Position numbers and translations under genes: made by a program
Assembly: GCA_030537895.1 (NCBI GenBank)
Contig: JAUNVA010000002.1
Location: 69,949-133,948, forward strand
Length of the DNA: 64,000 nt
DNA from: Bowdeniella nasicola
GTDB taxonomy: Bacteria; Actinomycetota; Actinomycetes; Actinomycetales; Actinomycetaceae
Direction: 5' to 3'
Notes under the pieces: generated by a model
Database searches by the model: none
What the model was told of the DNA's origin: nothing
Seen by the model: only the letters and a program-made list of their open reading frames with translations
Shown here: piece after piece, positions 17,796 through 26,913 of the stretch
Layout: the number at the start of each line of letters is the position of its first letter
Position numbering within the stretch: position 1 is the stretch's first letter

Positions 17796-18587
17796 GTGAG
17801 CGCCGTTCATCTGGGGACCCCGGGGATTGGCGCCGAGGCGCCCGCGAACCTTCCGATCGCGGGCGTCTCGCCGCTCTCCACGGTGGATTGGCCCGGCCAG
17901 CTGGTCGCCACCGTCTTCGTGCAGGGGTGTCCATGGCGGTGCACGTACTGTCATAACACCTCACTGCTCGATTGCCGTATCCCGGGTTCTGTCCCCTTTG
18001 AGGAAGTCCTTGAGCTCCTGCGACGACGACGCGGCCTGCTCGATGGCGTCGTCTTCTCCGGCGGCGAGGCAACTCGTCACCCGGCTCTTCCCGCAGCAAT
18101 GCGCGTGGTGCGCGAGCTCGGATACGGCGTGGGGCTGCACACGGGGGGTGCCTATCCCGCGCGGCTGCGCGAGATCTCAGACCTTGTGACGTGGGTGGGG
18201 TTTGACGTCAAGGGGCTCCCGGAGGACTACCCGCGCGTCGCGGGTGCCCCGATCCGCTCGGGTGAGCGCGCTTGGACCGCGCTCGGTGAGCTCGCCGGTC
18301 AGCGACAGGACGGCACCCCGGAAATCGAGGTGCGCCTTACGGTGTACCCCGGGTCTCATTCGGTGAGGGCCGTGCGAGAGTGCGCGAGTCGGGCTCGCGA
18401 CCTCGGCGCTCAGGGCTTCGCGCTCCAGCAGGCGCGAGATGCGTCGTCCGGCACGCCGATGGCCGCGCCCGACGGCGCCGCACCCGCCGAGGATGACGGA
18501 GAGCGCGCACCGTCCTTCGATGAGCTCGTTGAGGCTGCCCGCGTGGTGTGGGGTGCGGATCTGATCGTGCGTCGGGCAGACGCCTAG
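17796..18587 (+). CDS. nrdG: Anaerobic ribonucleotide reductase activating protein (radical SAM)
   Basis: GTG start 1 nt after the nrdD stop. CPWRCTYCHN radical-SAM cluster motif. GGE SAM-binding motif (VVFSGGEAT). Confidence 0.88.
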   Translation: MSAVHLGTPGIGAEAPANLPIAGVSPLSTVDWPGQLVATVFVQGCPWRCTYCHNTSLLDCRIPGSVPFEEVLELLRRRRGLLDGVVFSGGEATRHPALPAAMRVVRELGYGVGLHTGGAYPARLREISDLVTWVGFDVKGLPEDYPRVAGAPIRSGERAWTALGELAGQRQDGTPEIEVRLTVYPGSHSVRAVRECASRARDLGAQGFALQQARDASSGTPMAAPDGAAPAEDDGERAPSFDELVEAARVVWGADLIVRRADA

Positions 18588-18822
18588 TCCCGGAAACACG
18601 TGCTGTTCGGGCAATGGCCCGCAGGGTACGCCCACCCGGCGGGGGCTGGCCGCCTTCGCACGACGCCGCCGATGGGTGCACCGGCGTGGGCGATGACGCT
18701 CGCGGGACGCGGTCCGCTTCCTGGGGTGGGGAGTTGTTTCCGGACCCCCGCGGCGGGACAATGAGTGCCATAAACCGGGACCGCACTCCTACCATGAGGA
18801 GTACACCCAAGGGAGGACCATC

Positions 18823-20193
18823 ATGTCGTCGAATCAGAACGGGGATGCGGAACGGCTCGTCGCTGACCCGCAGACATCCGCCGCTGACCTCTATCGGCTC
18901 TGCCAGGAGCGGCCCGACCTTCGCCCGCAAATCGCCGTGCACCCCAACGCCTATGAGGGGATGCTGCAGTGGCTCGGCGGGCTCGGTGATCCCGACATCG
19001 ACGCAGCCCTGGCCCGGCGCGCCCAGGGTGCGGGAGGCTCAGAGCCGGACACTGCCGCTGAAGTCACTCCCACCGCCGCCAGCCCCGAGGTTCCTCGCAA
19101 CGACGAACCGGATGAGCTCGCGGACCTTGTTGCCAGCCCCGACGCGAGCGCGCAAGACCTGCATCGCGCCGCAGCCGAACGCCCGGATCTGCGTCCGCAG
19201 ATCGCGGCGCACCCCCACGCCTATCCCGACCTGCTCTCCTGGTTGGCAACACTCGGTGATCCCGACATCGACGCAGCTCTCGCGGCACGCCAGGATGAAT
19301 CCACCCGTCCGTTTAAGCGCACCAGTATTGGCCTGTCCGCCGGCGCGGTTGGCGCCACCACTGCGGAAGCCTCTGGAGCAGGCGTGTCATCCGCTAGCAC
19401 GGCCGGGCCGACGCAACAGCTACCGACGGTCGGCGGTGCCTCCTACGGCGGGGGCGCCGGGTACGGCGCCGGCACAGCCTATAACGGCCAGCCCTCCCAG
19501 GGAGGAGCTGGAACGGGTACCGCCTACGCGGAGGCCTCCAACCAACCCTCCCCGGAGGATTCCGGTTCCTCGGTGGGGGCCGCCGTCATGAAGGGGCTCC
19601 TCGTGGGCTTGGTCGTCGTTCTGCTCGCGATCGTTCTCTACCTGTGGCGCCCCTGGCACTACATCACTGGCGATCAGACCGAGGCGGGCGCCAACCAGTC
19701 GCCGACCGCGAGCAGCACCCCGGCTACCGATGAGAGCGACACCCCCGAGGCCACCCCGAGCGAGTCGGAGACCCCAAGCGAGTCGCCGTCCCCCAGTGAG
19801 AGTCCCGAAGAAGAGGACCTCCCCTACCTGCCGGAGGGGGTGCCGAATCTGGACCATCTCTCGGCGCCTTCGGGCAACATCAGTTGCGGCAAGCTCGACG
19901 ACAACATGTGGGGCTGCACCATCTGGGAACACGACTTCACCGAGGCCTTTGACGCCCAGTGCGCACCGAACGAGCCCGTGACGGTGGCGTGGCCGAAGAA
20001 CTCGGAGGCGCTCGCCACCTGCACGGCCGAGGTGCCGCGCGGCGGTACGCAGGTCCCCTACGGAGACACGGTAACGCTCGGCGAGATGGCCGGCTGCACG
20101 TCGACCCGCCAGGGGATGTCCTGTTGGGGCGGCGACTCCAACCTGGGCTTCACAATCGCCCGGCGTGGGGTCGTCATGAACAACCGGAACTAG
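18823..20193 (+). CDS. Single-pass membrane protein with duplicated N-terminal variant-LRR-like repeats and a Cys-containing extracytoplasmic C-terminal domain
   Basis: Two copies of ..DL(Y/H)R...ERPDLRPQIA.HP.AY..(L)L.WL..LGDPDIDAALA.R, a Gly/Ala-rich linker, a TM (LLVGLVVVLLAIVLYLW), an S/T/P/E-rich linker, then a domain with 6 Cys. Confidence 0.65.
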   Translation: MSSNQNGDAERLVADPQTSAADLYRLCQERPDLRPQIAVHPNAYEGMLQWLGGLGDPDIDAALARRAQGAGGSEPDTAAEVTPTAASPEVPRNDEPDELADLVASPDASAQDLHRAAAERPDLRPQIAAHPHAYPDLLSWLATLGDPDIDAALAARQDESTRPFKRTSIGLSAGAVGATTAEASGAGVSSASTAGPTQQLPTVGGASYGGGAGYGAGTAYNGQPSQGGAGTGTAYAEASNQPSPEDSGSSVGAAVMKGLLVGLVVVLLAIVLYLWRPWHYITGDQTEAGANQSPTASSTPATDESDTPEATPSESETPSESPSPSESPEEEDLPYLPEGVPNLDHLSAPSGNISCGKLDDNMWGCTIWEHDFTEAFDAQCAPNEPVTVAWPKNSEALATCTAEVPRGGTQVPYGDTVTLGEMAGCTSTRQGMSCWGGDSNLGFTIARRGVVMNNRN

Positions 20194-20196
20194 CCG

Positions 20197-21123
20197 ATGG
20201 CGCTCGCCAGGCGACGTGACTTCTCGACCGGCGCAGGGCTTGCGCCCGCGGCGGCCACGGGAAGTCGATCATCGGGGCGAGGAGTACTCGCGGCACTGAC
20301 CGCCGCTGTGCTACTCGCCTCGGGATGCACGGCCTCGGTCGGCCTGGAGGAATCCGCTTTCCCGCCGGGCAACCTCGCGAGCCCTACTGCGACAACGACT
20401 CCCTCGCCGAGACTGAACCCCACACCGAGCCCTGAGGAGAGCGAACCGCGTGAGCGTGGCGTCCTTGCGCTCGACCCCGGCCATAACGGCGCAAACGCGG
20501 CGCACCCGAGCGAGATCGCCAGGCTGGTACCCGACGGCGCGGGTGGCCGGAAGGCGTGTAACACGACGGGGACCGCGACCGCCTCGGGCTATGGCGAACA
20601 CGCCTTCAATTGGGATGTGGCACAGCGGATGCTCCCGATCCTCGAGGAGGCCGGCGTGCGGGTGGTACTCTCGCGCGATTCCGACGACGGCGTCGGGCCC
20701 TGCGTTGATCAACGGGGGACGTTCGCAGCGGAGGCGGGGGCGGACCTCCTCCTCTCGATCCACGCCAACGGTAGCGAGAACACTGCCGTGCATGGATTCT
20801 TTGTAATCCTGGCGGATCCACCGCCCTTCGATGGCGAGTTCGCGGAGGCGAGTCGAGCGTTCGGTGACGACATCATCGCGGCGCTCGCAGCCGCGGGCTT
20901 TCCCGAGAACTCTGCGATCGGCCCCGTGCAGCGGCGGGGCGACCTTTCGGGCCTTAATCACGCGGGTGTGCCGGCGGTACTCATCGAACTCGCGGAGATG
21001 CGCCATCCCGAGGAGGCGGCGCTCGCCGAATCACCGCAGGGACGGCAACGTTACGCGGAGGCGCTGGCCGCCGGCGTCATCCGCCACCTCGACACCATGC
21101 AGCGGAACTCTCGCACGAAGTAG
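20197..21123 (+). CDS. N-acetylmuramoyl-L-alanine amidase (Amidase_3 family) lipoprotein
   Basis: Lipobox LLASGC. LDPGHNGAN and LLLSIHANG zinc-ligand regions. Late E (IELAEMRH). Confidence 0.85.
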   Translation: MALARRRDFSTGAGLAPAAATGSRSSGRGVLAALTAAVLLASGCTASVGLEESAFPPGNLASPTATTTPSPRLNPTPSPEESEPRERGVLALDPGHNGANAAHPSEIARLVPDGAGGRKACNTTGTATASGYGEHAFNWDVAQRMLPILEEAGVRVVLSRDSDDGVGPCVDQRGTFAAEAGADLLLSIHANGSENTAVHGFFVILADPPPFDGEFAEASRAFGDDIIAALAAAGFPENSAIGPVQRRGDLSGLNHAGVPAVLIELAEMRHPEEAALAESPQGRQRYAEALAAGVIRHLDTMQRNSRTK

Positions 21124-21367
21124 CCGCGATGAGGGCGGCTGAATTGGCGCCGGGCCACAGTTAGTTGAAATAATCCGTACACCATTAGAAATAGTCGTGG
21201 CGATAGTTAAGGATAGGTGCCTAATAATGACACTTAGCCCACCCTCACTTGTATAAAACTAGGCCGAAAGGCCCACGGTTAGTGACACTGTGTCGATAGC
21301 ATGGCGGTACCGCCACGGCATGATGTGAAGCCGCGAGGGAGCGGCCTGTACAGGGGGGTGTTACGGC

Positions 21368-21847
21368 ATGTGGGCAGCACTGCGGGAGCAGGTGTTGACT
21401 CCAGGTTTTTTCTGGCGTGCTCTTGCCGTTTTTGTGGTCGGTTCGCTGTTTGGCGTCGGCCTGTTCACCTTTGTGTACGCGAAGGGTGCCTCCTACCTTG
21501 GCAACGACCCGGAAACGTGCATTAACTGCCACATCATGGAGGAGCAGTACGACGGTTGGCAGGCGGGCCCACACTCGAACGTGGCGACCTGTAATGATTG
21601 CCACGCACCTCACGACAATCTGCTCCACAAGTACTACGTCAAGGGTGAGAACGGCTTTAATCACGGCCTCAAATTCACCACTGGCTGGTACCCCGAGAAC
21701 ATTCGCATCCGAGAAAAGAATCGCGACATTACCAATCAGGCATGCCTGCACTGTCACGGTGAATTCACGAGCGAAATCCATATGACCCTCAAACCCGATG
21801 AAACCGTCTCGTGCGTGCACTGTCACGAGGACGTTGGCCACAAGTAG
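21368..21847 (+). CDS. nrfH: Cytochrome c nitrite reductase small subunit NrfH (NapC/NirT tetraheme quinol dehydrogenase)
   Basis: 159 aa with an N-terminal TM and four CXXCH motifs (CINCH, CNDCH, CLHCH, CVHCH). Confidence 0.9.
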   Translation: MWAALREQVLTPGFFWRALAVFVVGSLFGVGLFTFVYAKGASYLGNDPETCINCHIMEEQYDGWQAGPHSNVATCNDCHAPHDNLLHKYYVKGENGFNHGLKFTTGWYPENIRIREKNRDITNQACLHCHGEFTSEIHMTLKPDETVSCVHCHEDVGHK

Positions 21848-21857
21848 GTGAAGGACG

Positions 21858-23363
21858 ATGACTGATACCCCCGCCACCGAACCTCGACGCGATTCGGACA
21901 CTCCGGACGCGCCGGCGAAACGCCCGGCCCGCGCCCGCTGGCTGCTGCCGGTCGCCATTGGCGTCGTTGCCGTCGTGACCTTCGGGCTTACTCTGCTGCT
22001 GGTCAATATCCTGGAGCGCCAGCAGGAGGCGAAGAACCCCTACACGCAGGTCGTCGAACTGGACGAGACGACGGTCGACCCGGCGATCTGGGGCCAGAAC
22101 TTCCCAATTCAATACGAGCAGTACCTCAAGACCGAGGAGTTCACGCCCACCAAGTACGGTGGCTCCGAGCTCCAGGATCACGAGCCGACCGCGGACGATC
22201 CGCGGGAGAAGGTGCCGCCGTCGAAGATTGAGGAAGACCCGCGGCTGAAGATCATGTGGGATGGCTACGCCTTCGCGGTTGACTATCGCCACGCGCGTGG
22301 CCACCAGCACATGCTGGACGATCAGCGTCGCACGCTGCGCGTCACCCAATTCGATCAGCCCGGCACATGCCTGAACTGCCACGCCTCGACCGTGCCGGTC
22401 ATGGATGAACTGGGCAATGGTGACCGCCGAGCCGGGTTCGACGCGATGAACGCGATGACCTACAAGGAAGTCACTGAATACGCAGACCACCCGGTCGCCT
22501 GCATTGACTGCCACGACCCGGACACCATGGCGCTGACGATCACCCGCCCAGCCTTCGAAGATGGCATCAAGGCCCTGAAGGCATCGCAGGGGATCGAGGA
22601 CTACGACGTCAACCGGGACGCCACGAACCAGGAGATGCGCAGCTACGTTTGCGCCCAGTGCCACGTGGAGTACTACTTCACGGGCGAGGGCAACACGCTG
22701 ACCTTCCCGTGGGCTAAGGGCATCGATATCGATGACATCTGGGACTACTACATGGACAACGGCCACGTCGACTGGGTGCACGCCACCACCGGCGCCGAGG
22801 TCCTCAAGGCCCAGCATCCCGAGTTCGATATCTGGTCCAACGGCATCCACGCCGATAACGGCGTGAGCTGTGCAGACTGCCACATGGCCTATGAGCGCGA
22901 CGGCGCCCACAAGGTGACGAACCACCACATCACGAACCCCATGATCGATGCCAACGCGTCGTGCGGCACCTGCCACAGCGACTCGGCAGACGACATGAAG
23001 CGCCGCGTGGAGACCATCCAGGACCGCTTCGTGCACTCGCGAGACCAGGCGTTCGATGCGCTCGTCGCCCTCATTCGCGACATCGAGAAGGGGATGGCCG
23101 ACGGCGTCGATGAAGCGCAGCTGGATCTCGCTCGCGAATACCAGAACAAGGCCAGCTTCTACATTGACTACGTGTACTCGGAGAACTCCTATGGCTTCCA
23201 CGCCCCGGACTACACCCAGCGCATCTTGAACGACGCCCTGGATGCCGCCCGCAAGGGCCAGCTCGCTGTGAGCGGCGTGAGCGCTGAGGAGCTCGCGGCC
23301 TCCGATGTGACGCAGAAGAACATCGAGCGAGTCGGGGAGGAGACCGCAGCTCGTGGCCAGTGA
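21858..23363 (+). CDS. nrfA: Pentaheme cytochrome c nitrite reductase NrfA (ammonia-forming), membrane-anchored, all-CXXCH variant
   Basis: 501 aa with an N-terminal TM and five heme motifs CLNCH, CIDCH, CAQCH, CADCH, CGTCH. NrfA hallmarks YRHARGH, CAQCHVEYYF and KAQHPEFD. Confidence 0.9.
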   Translation: MTDTPATEPRRDSDTPDAPAKRPARARWLLPVAIGVVAVVTFGLTLLLVNILERQQEAKNPYTQVVELDETTVDPAIWGQNFPIQYEQYLKTEEFTPTKYGGSELQDHEPTADDPREKVPPSKIEEDPRLKIMWDGYAFAVDYRHARGHQHMLDDQRRTLRVTQFDQPGTCLNCHASTVPVMDELGNGDRRAGFDAMNAMTYKEVTEYADHPVACIDCHDPDTMALTITRPAFEDGIKALKASQGIEDYDVNRDATNQEMRSYVCAQCHVEYYFTGEGNTLTFPWAKGIDIDDIWDYYMDNGHVDWVHATTGAEVLKAQHPEFDIWSNGIHADNGVSCADCHMAYERDGAHKVTNHHITNPMIDANASCGTCHSDSADDMKRRVETIQDRFVHSRDQAFDALVALIRDIEKGMADGVDEAQLDLAREYQNKASFYIDYVYSENSYGFHAPDYTQRILNDALDAARKGQLAVSGVSAEELAASDVTQKNIERVGEETAARGQ

Positions 23364-24522
23364 GGATCAGCCCCTACGCCTGGAACCGTCCGCGTGGGGG
23401 CTTCCCACTGATGCCTCCGTAGCGGAGCTCACCGAGCACTTGCGCGCCCTGCTGGGCTATCTCGAAGCTGCCCCCGAGCCCGTCCAGCCGTGGGCTCTCG
23501 CACGGGCCACCGAGGTGCGCTCGGCTCTCACGGAGCTCGGGGGCCTCGACAGGCACGGGGCTCAGGACTCTCATGACGAGGCACCCGCGCACGACGCGGA
23601 CCATGCTGGACGCCACGGTGTCCGCGAGTCGGGGCCACAGGCCCTGACCGACGATGCCGGTACAGCCTCGGATACCCGAGCCCCCCAGACGGATGTGGAA
23701 GGGGAGAGCGACGGGATCGACGAGGCCGCACTGCTCGCCGAGATGGGGGACGAAGAAGACGCCCCGCTGCGCAAGCCGCGTTCGCAACGGCCGGCCCGTC
23801 GGCGTTTGTTAGCCCGACGCACGAGCGGGGACGGCGCCGCTGCGCCCACGCAGGATCCGGCATCGGATGGCACGAAGGCCGCATCGAGTGAGACGGCCGC
23901 TACGACGGCTTCCCAGGCAGGAGAGGCTTTAACGCCCGCCTCGCCTGGCGGACGGGTGGCCGCATCGATGCGCCAGCGCGGTGTGCAGCCGAAGGTTCAA
24001 GCCGAGACCCAGCACGCCCCTCGGAAGGGACGTTCCGCGGCGAGCACCCTACTGTGGCTGATCTTCGCCCTCGGCATCATCTTCGCCGTCTACCTGGCCG
24101 GTCGTCCCACCCCGCCATCGACGGAAATGCCGGACGGGCATCCGCCGATTGGTGAGATGGGCGAGGCCCCTGAGGGACCCTCGACGGCCGAAAAGGCGGA
24201 GCGCGTGGCGGCCTTGCAGAACGCGATCGAGAAGGACCCCTCCGACACCGATGCGCGCCTGGAACTTGGCGTGCTGTTGTTCAACCAGCGTGAAACCTCG
24301 GCGGCCGAAGAGCAATGGACAGCAGCCGTCGCCGAAGACCCCGATCTAGTGCAGGCGTGGTACAACCTAGGTTTCCTGTACCTGTCCAAGGAACCTCCGG
24401 AGGAGGACAAGGCACGCGACGCGTGGCAGAAGGTGATTGATCTGGCACCCGATTCGGATCTCGCCGCCAACGTGGCCTCCCATATGGACGCCCTGACCGG
24501 GCAAGAGGAGTCCGATGAGTAA
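23353..24522 (+). CDS. Membrane-anchored TPR protein (NrfG/CcmI-like candidate apocytochrome chaperone) with a long acidic N-terminal region
   Basis: About 230 aa of acidic low-complexity sequence, a TM (LLWLIFALGIIFAVYLAG), then TPR-like repeats (DARLELGVLLFNQRE..AEEQWTAAVAEDPDLVQAWYNLGFLYL). GTG start overlaps the nrfA stop; the true start is uncertain. Confidence 0.65.
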   Translation: MASEDQPLRLEPSAWGLPTDASVAELTEHLRALLGYLEAAPEPVQPWALARATEVRSALTELGGLDRHGAQDSHDEAPAHDADHAGRHGVRESGPQALTDDAGTASDTRAPQTDVEGESDGIDEAALLAEMGDEEDAPLRKPRSQRPARRRLLARRTSGDGAAAPTQDPASDGTKAASSETAATTASQAGEALTPASPGGRVAASMRQRGVQPKVQAETQHAPRKGRSAASTLLWLIFALGIIFAVYLAGRPTPPSTEMPDGHPPIGEMGEAPEGPSTAEKAERVAALQNAIEKDPSDTDARLELGVLLFNQRETSAAEEQWTAAVAEDPDLVQAWYNLGFLYLSKEPPEEDKARDAWQKVIDLAPDSDLAANVASHMDALTGQEESDE

Positions 24523-25969
24523 CGAGACCTACGATGACGTTCCGGTTAGCGAGATCTTCCGCCGCGTCTACCGGTTCTTCTACAACAAGACCGTTGGAAT
24601 CGTCCTGATCCTCGCGATGGCCGTGGTGGTGCTTCTCGGCACGGTCATCACCCAGGCCGCACCGGGGACATTCGACTCACCGGAGGCACGGGACAGCTTC
24701 ATTGAGGCGATGCGACCGCGCTATGGCGGGTGGACGAAGCCGCTCGAAGTGCTCGGCCTGTTTAGGGTCTACACCTCCCCGCTCTTCCTCACGATCACGG
24801 GCCTACTGGCCCTATCGATCATTGCCTGCACCACGCACCGCATCCCACAGCTGATGAACCGGGCGTTCCATCCGCGCACGCACGTCTCGGATGCCTTCTT
24901 TGCCCACGCCCGCTACCGCGCTGAACTACCGGTCGCGGCCGCCCCGCAGGACGCGCTCGCGCGCGCCGAACAGGCGCTGGGACGATCGCGCCTGCGCGTA
25001 CTGCCCGATGAGCGAGATCCGCAGCGGGCCCGGTATGTCGACAAGCACCGATTCGGTCCCTTCGGGACGGTGTTCGCGCACGCCGCCTTTGTTCTCATCA
25101 TCGTGGCCTTCGGAGTGAGCAGCTTCTTCGGCATCGACGAGCAGCTCCCGGTTCCGGTCGGCGGCGCTGTCGACGTGGGGCACGACACGGGCCTCACGTT
25201 GCGCGCCGAATCTTTCCAAGAGTCCTTTTACGAGGATGGCTCGCCCTCCGACTACGTCTCCCATCTCGTCCTTCTCAAGGACGGCACCGAGGTGGCCGAA
25301 CAGGACGTGCGGGTCAACTCACCGCTGCGCTACGAGAAGTTCGCGTTCCACCAGGCAAGCTACGGTATCGCCGCCGATGTTCGGGTGCAGCAGGATGGCG
25401 AGGACGTGTTCACGGGGTCGGTCCCCTTGCGCTGGCGGAGCGACGACGGAACGAACGCCGTCGGACGCTTCGAATTGGAGGAACAGAAACTCGACGTCAT
25501 CGTCGTGACTCCCGCCTCCGGTCGGCCCGATTCATCGATCCCAGCCGGCAGCGCCGTGCTGGAGGTCTACCCGATGGGAGTAAGCGAACCGATCGCGGTC
25601 CAGCCCGTCGAGCGAGGCGGAAGCGCCACGATCGAGGGACTCACGATCTCCTTCGAACGTGAACGGCAATACACGGGTATTAATCTGCGCAAGGATCCGG
25701 GCGTGTGGTGGATGTGGATCGGCTCGGCGCTGCTCATCCTCGGGTCCTACATGACCTTCGGGATGCGGCATCGTAGGCTCTGGCTCCGCGTTGAGCAGAC
25801 CGAGGAGGGCTCGATTCTTCGCTTTGCGTCGGCAGAGAAGGAAGACTCCGGTTTCGAACGATTCTTCCGCGCCGCCGTCCTAGCGGTCGCGCAAGCCGAG
25901 TCATCACCCGACAATGAGACCGGGGCCGTTGCCCCGGCAGCACCGCACACGAATGAGCGAAAGGCCTAA
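24515..25969 (+). CDS. resB: Cytochrome c biogenesis protein ResB/Ccs1 (System II)
   Basis: 484 aa with N-terminal TM helices, a large extracytoplasmic domain and a C-terminal TM (WWMWIGSALLILGSYMTF), the typical ResB architecture. 8-nt overlap with the upstream gene. Confidence 0.85.
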   Translation: MSNETYDDVPVSEIFRRVYRFFYNKTVGIVLILAMAVVVLLGTVITQAAPGTFDSPEARDSFIEAMRPRYGGWTKPLEVLGLFRVYTSPLFLTITGLLALSIIACTTHRIPQLMNRAFHPRTHVSDAFFAHARYRAELPVAAAPQDALARAEQALGRSRLRVLPDERDPQRARYVDKHRFGPFGTVFAHAAFVLIIVAFGVSSFFGIDEQLPVPVGGAVDVGHDTGLTLRAESFQESFYEDGSPSDYVSHLVLLKDGTEVAEQDVRVNSPLRYEKFAFHQASYGIAADVRVQQDGEDVFTGSVPLRWRSDDGTNAVGRFELEEQKLDVIVVTPASGRPDSSIPAGSAVLEVYPMGVSEPIAVQPVERGGSATIEGLTISFERERQYTGINLRKDPGVWWMWIGSALLILGSYMTFGMRHRRLWLRVEQTEEGSILRFASAEKEDSGFERFFRAAVLAVAQAESSPDNETGAVAPAAPHTNERKA

Positions 25970-25971
25970 TC

Positions 25972-26913
25972 ATGTTGACGTTCGCCGAATATCTCCTGTT
26001 TGCGGCACTCGCGTGCGTGGTGATAGCGCTCATCTCGAATGCCGTGGCGCTCACCTCACGGCGTCGTGCTGCGGCACCTGCGCGTCGTGAGGAGGCCCTC
26101 GTCTCCGCCGGTGTGGGGGAGGGAACGCTTTCCACCCCCTCGGGCAGCGAGACCATCCACACGCGACGCACCGAGGTGGAAGACTCCGAGAAGCCCAAGT
26201 CATCTCGCGGGCTGGGCTGGTATGCGATGGTCCTCGAGGTGCTGGCCCTCGCTCTGCTGACCACCTACCTGGTGATCCGCATGATGATCACCGGGCATGG
26301 CCCCTTCGCAAATCAGCACGAGTTCGCCGTGTCCTTCACGTGGGGCATCCTGGTGGTGTTCGTGGTCTTCCACTGGCGCTTCCAGCTGCGGGCCCTCTCC
26401 CTCGTGGTCTTGCCGGTCACCGCGGGTCTGCTGGTCTACGCACTCGCACTCGACACGGGTGTGCGTCCCCTGATTCCCGCGCTGCAAAACAACCTGCTGC
26501 TCACCCTGCATGTGGGCTTCGCAATCCTCGCCTACGGTGCCGCGTGCGTGTCCTTCGGAGCTGCCGTCATGTATCTGCTCCACGACCGCTTCCGACTGCG
26601 CGGGCTGCCCAGCAAGGAGACGCTCGACGAGATCGGCTACAAGGCGGCCGTCGTGACCTACCCGCTGCTCACCATCATGATCGTGCTCGGTGCCGTGTGG
26701 GCGAATACGGCCTGGGGTCGCTATTGGGGATGGGACCCGAAGGAGACCGCAGCCTTCGTCACCTGGCTGCTTTACGGTGCCTACCTGCACGCCCGCGTCG
26801 TACGCGACTGGCGGGGGACGCGCTCCGCATGGCTGCTCATCATCGGGTTCATCTCGGTGCTCTTCGCCTACTTTGGCAACCACTTCTTCGGTGGCCTGCA
26901 CTCCTATGCGTAA
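25972..26913 (+). CDS. ccsB: Cytochrome c biogenesis protein CcsB/CcsA/ResC (System II heme lyase subunit)
   Basis: Trp-rich WWD-type motif WGRYWGWDPKE, conserved His residues flanking it, about 8 TM helices. Confidence 0.88.
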   Translation: MLTFAEYLLFAALACVVIALISNAVALTSRRRAAAPARREEALVSAGVGEGTLSTPSGSETIHTRRTEVEDSEKPKSSRGLGWYAMVLEVLALALLTTYLVIRMMITGHGPFANQHEFAVSFTWGILVVFVVFHWRFQLRALSLVVLPVTAGLLVYALALDTGVRPLIPALQNNLLLTLHVGFAILAYGAACVSFGAAVMYLLHDRFRLRGLPSKETLDEIGYKAAVVTYPLLTIMIVLGAVWANTAWGRYWGWDPKETAAFVTWLLYGAYLHARVVRDWRGTRSAWLLIIGFISVLFAYFGNHFFGGLHSYA

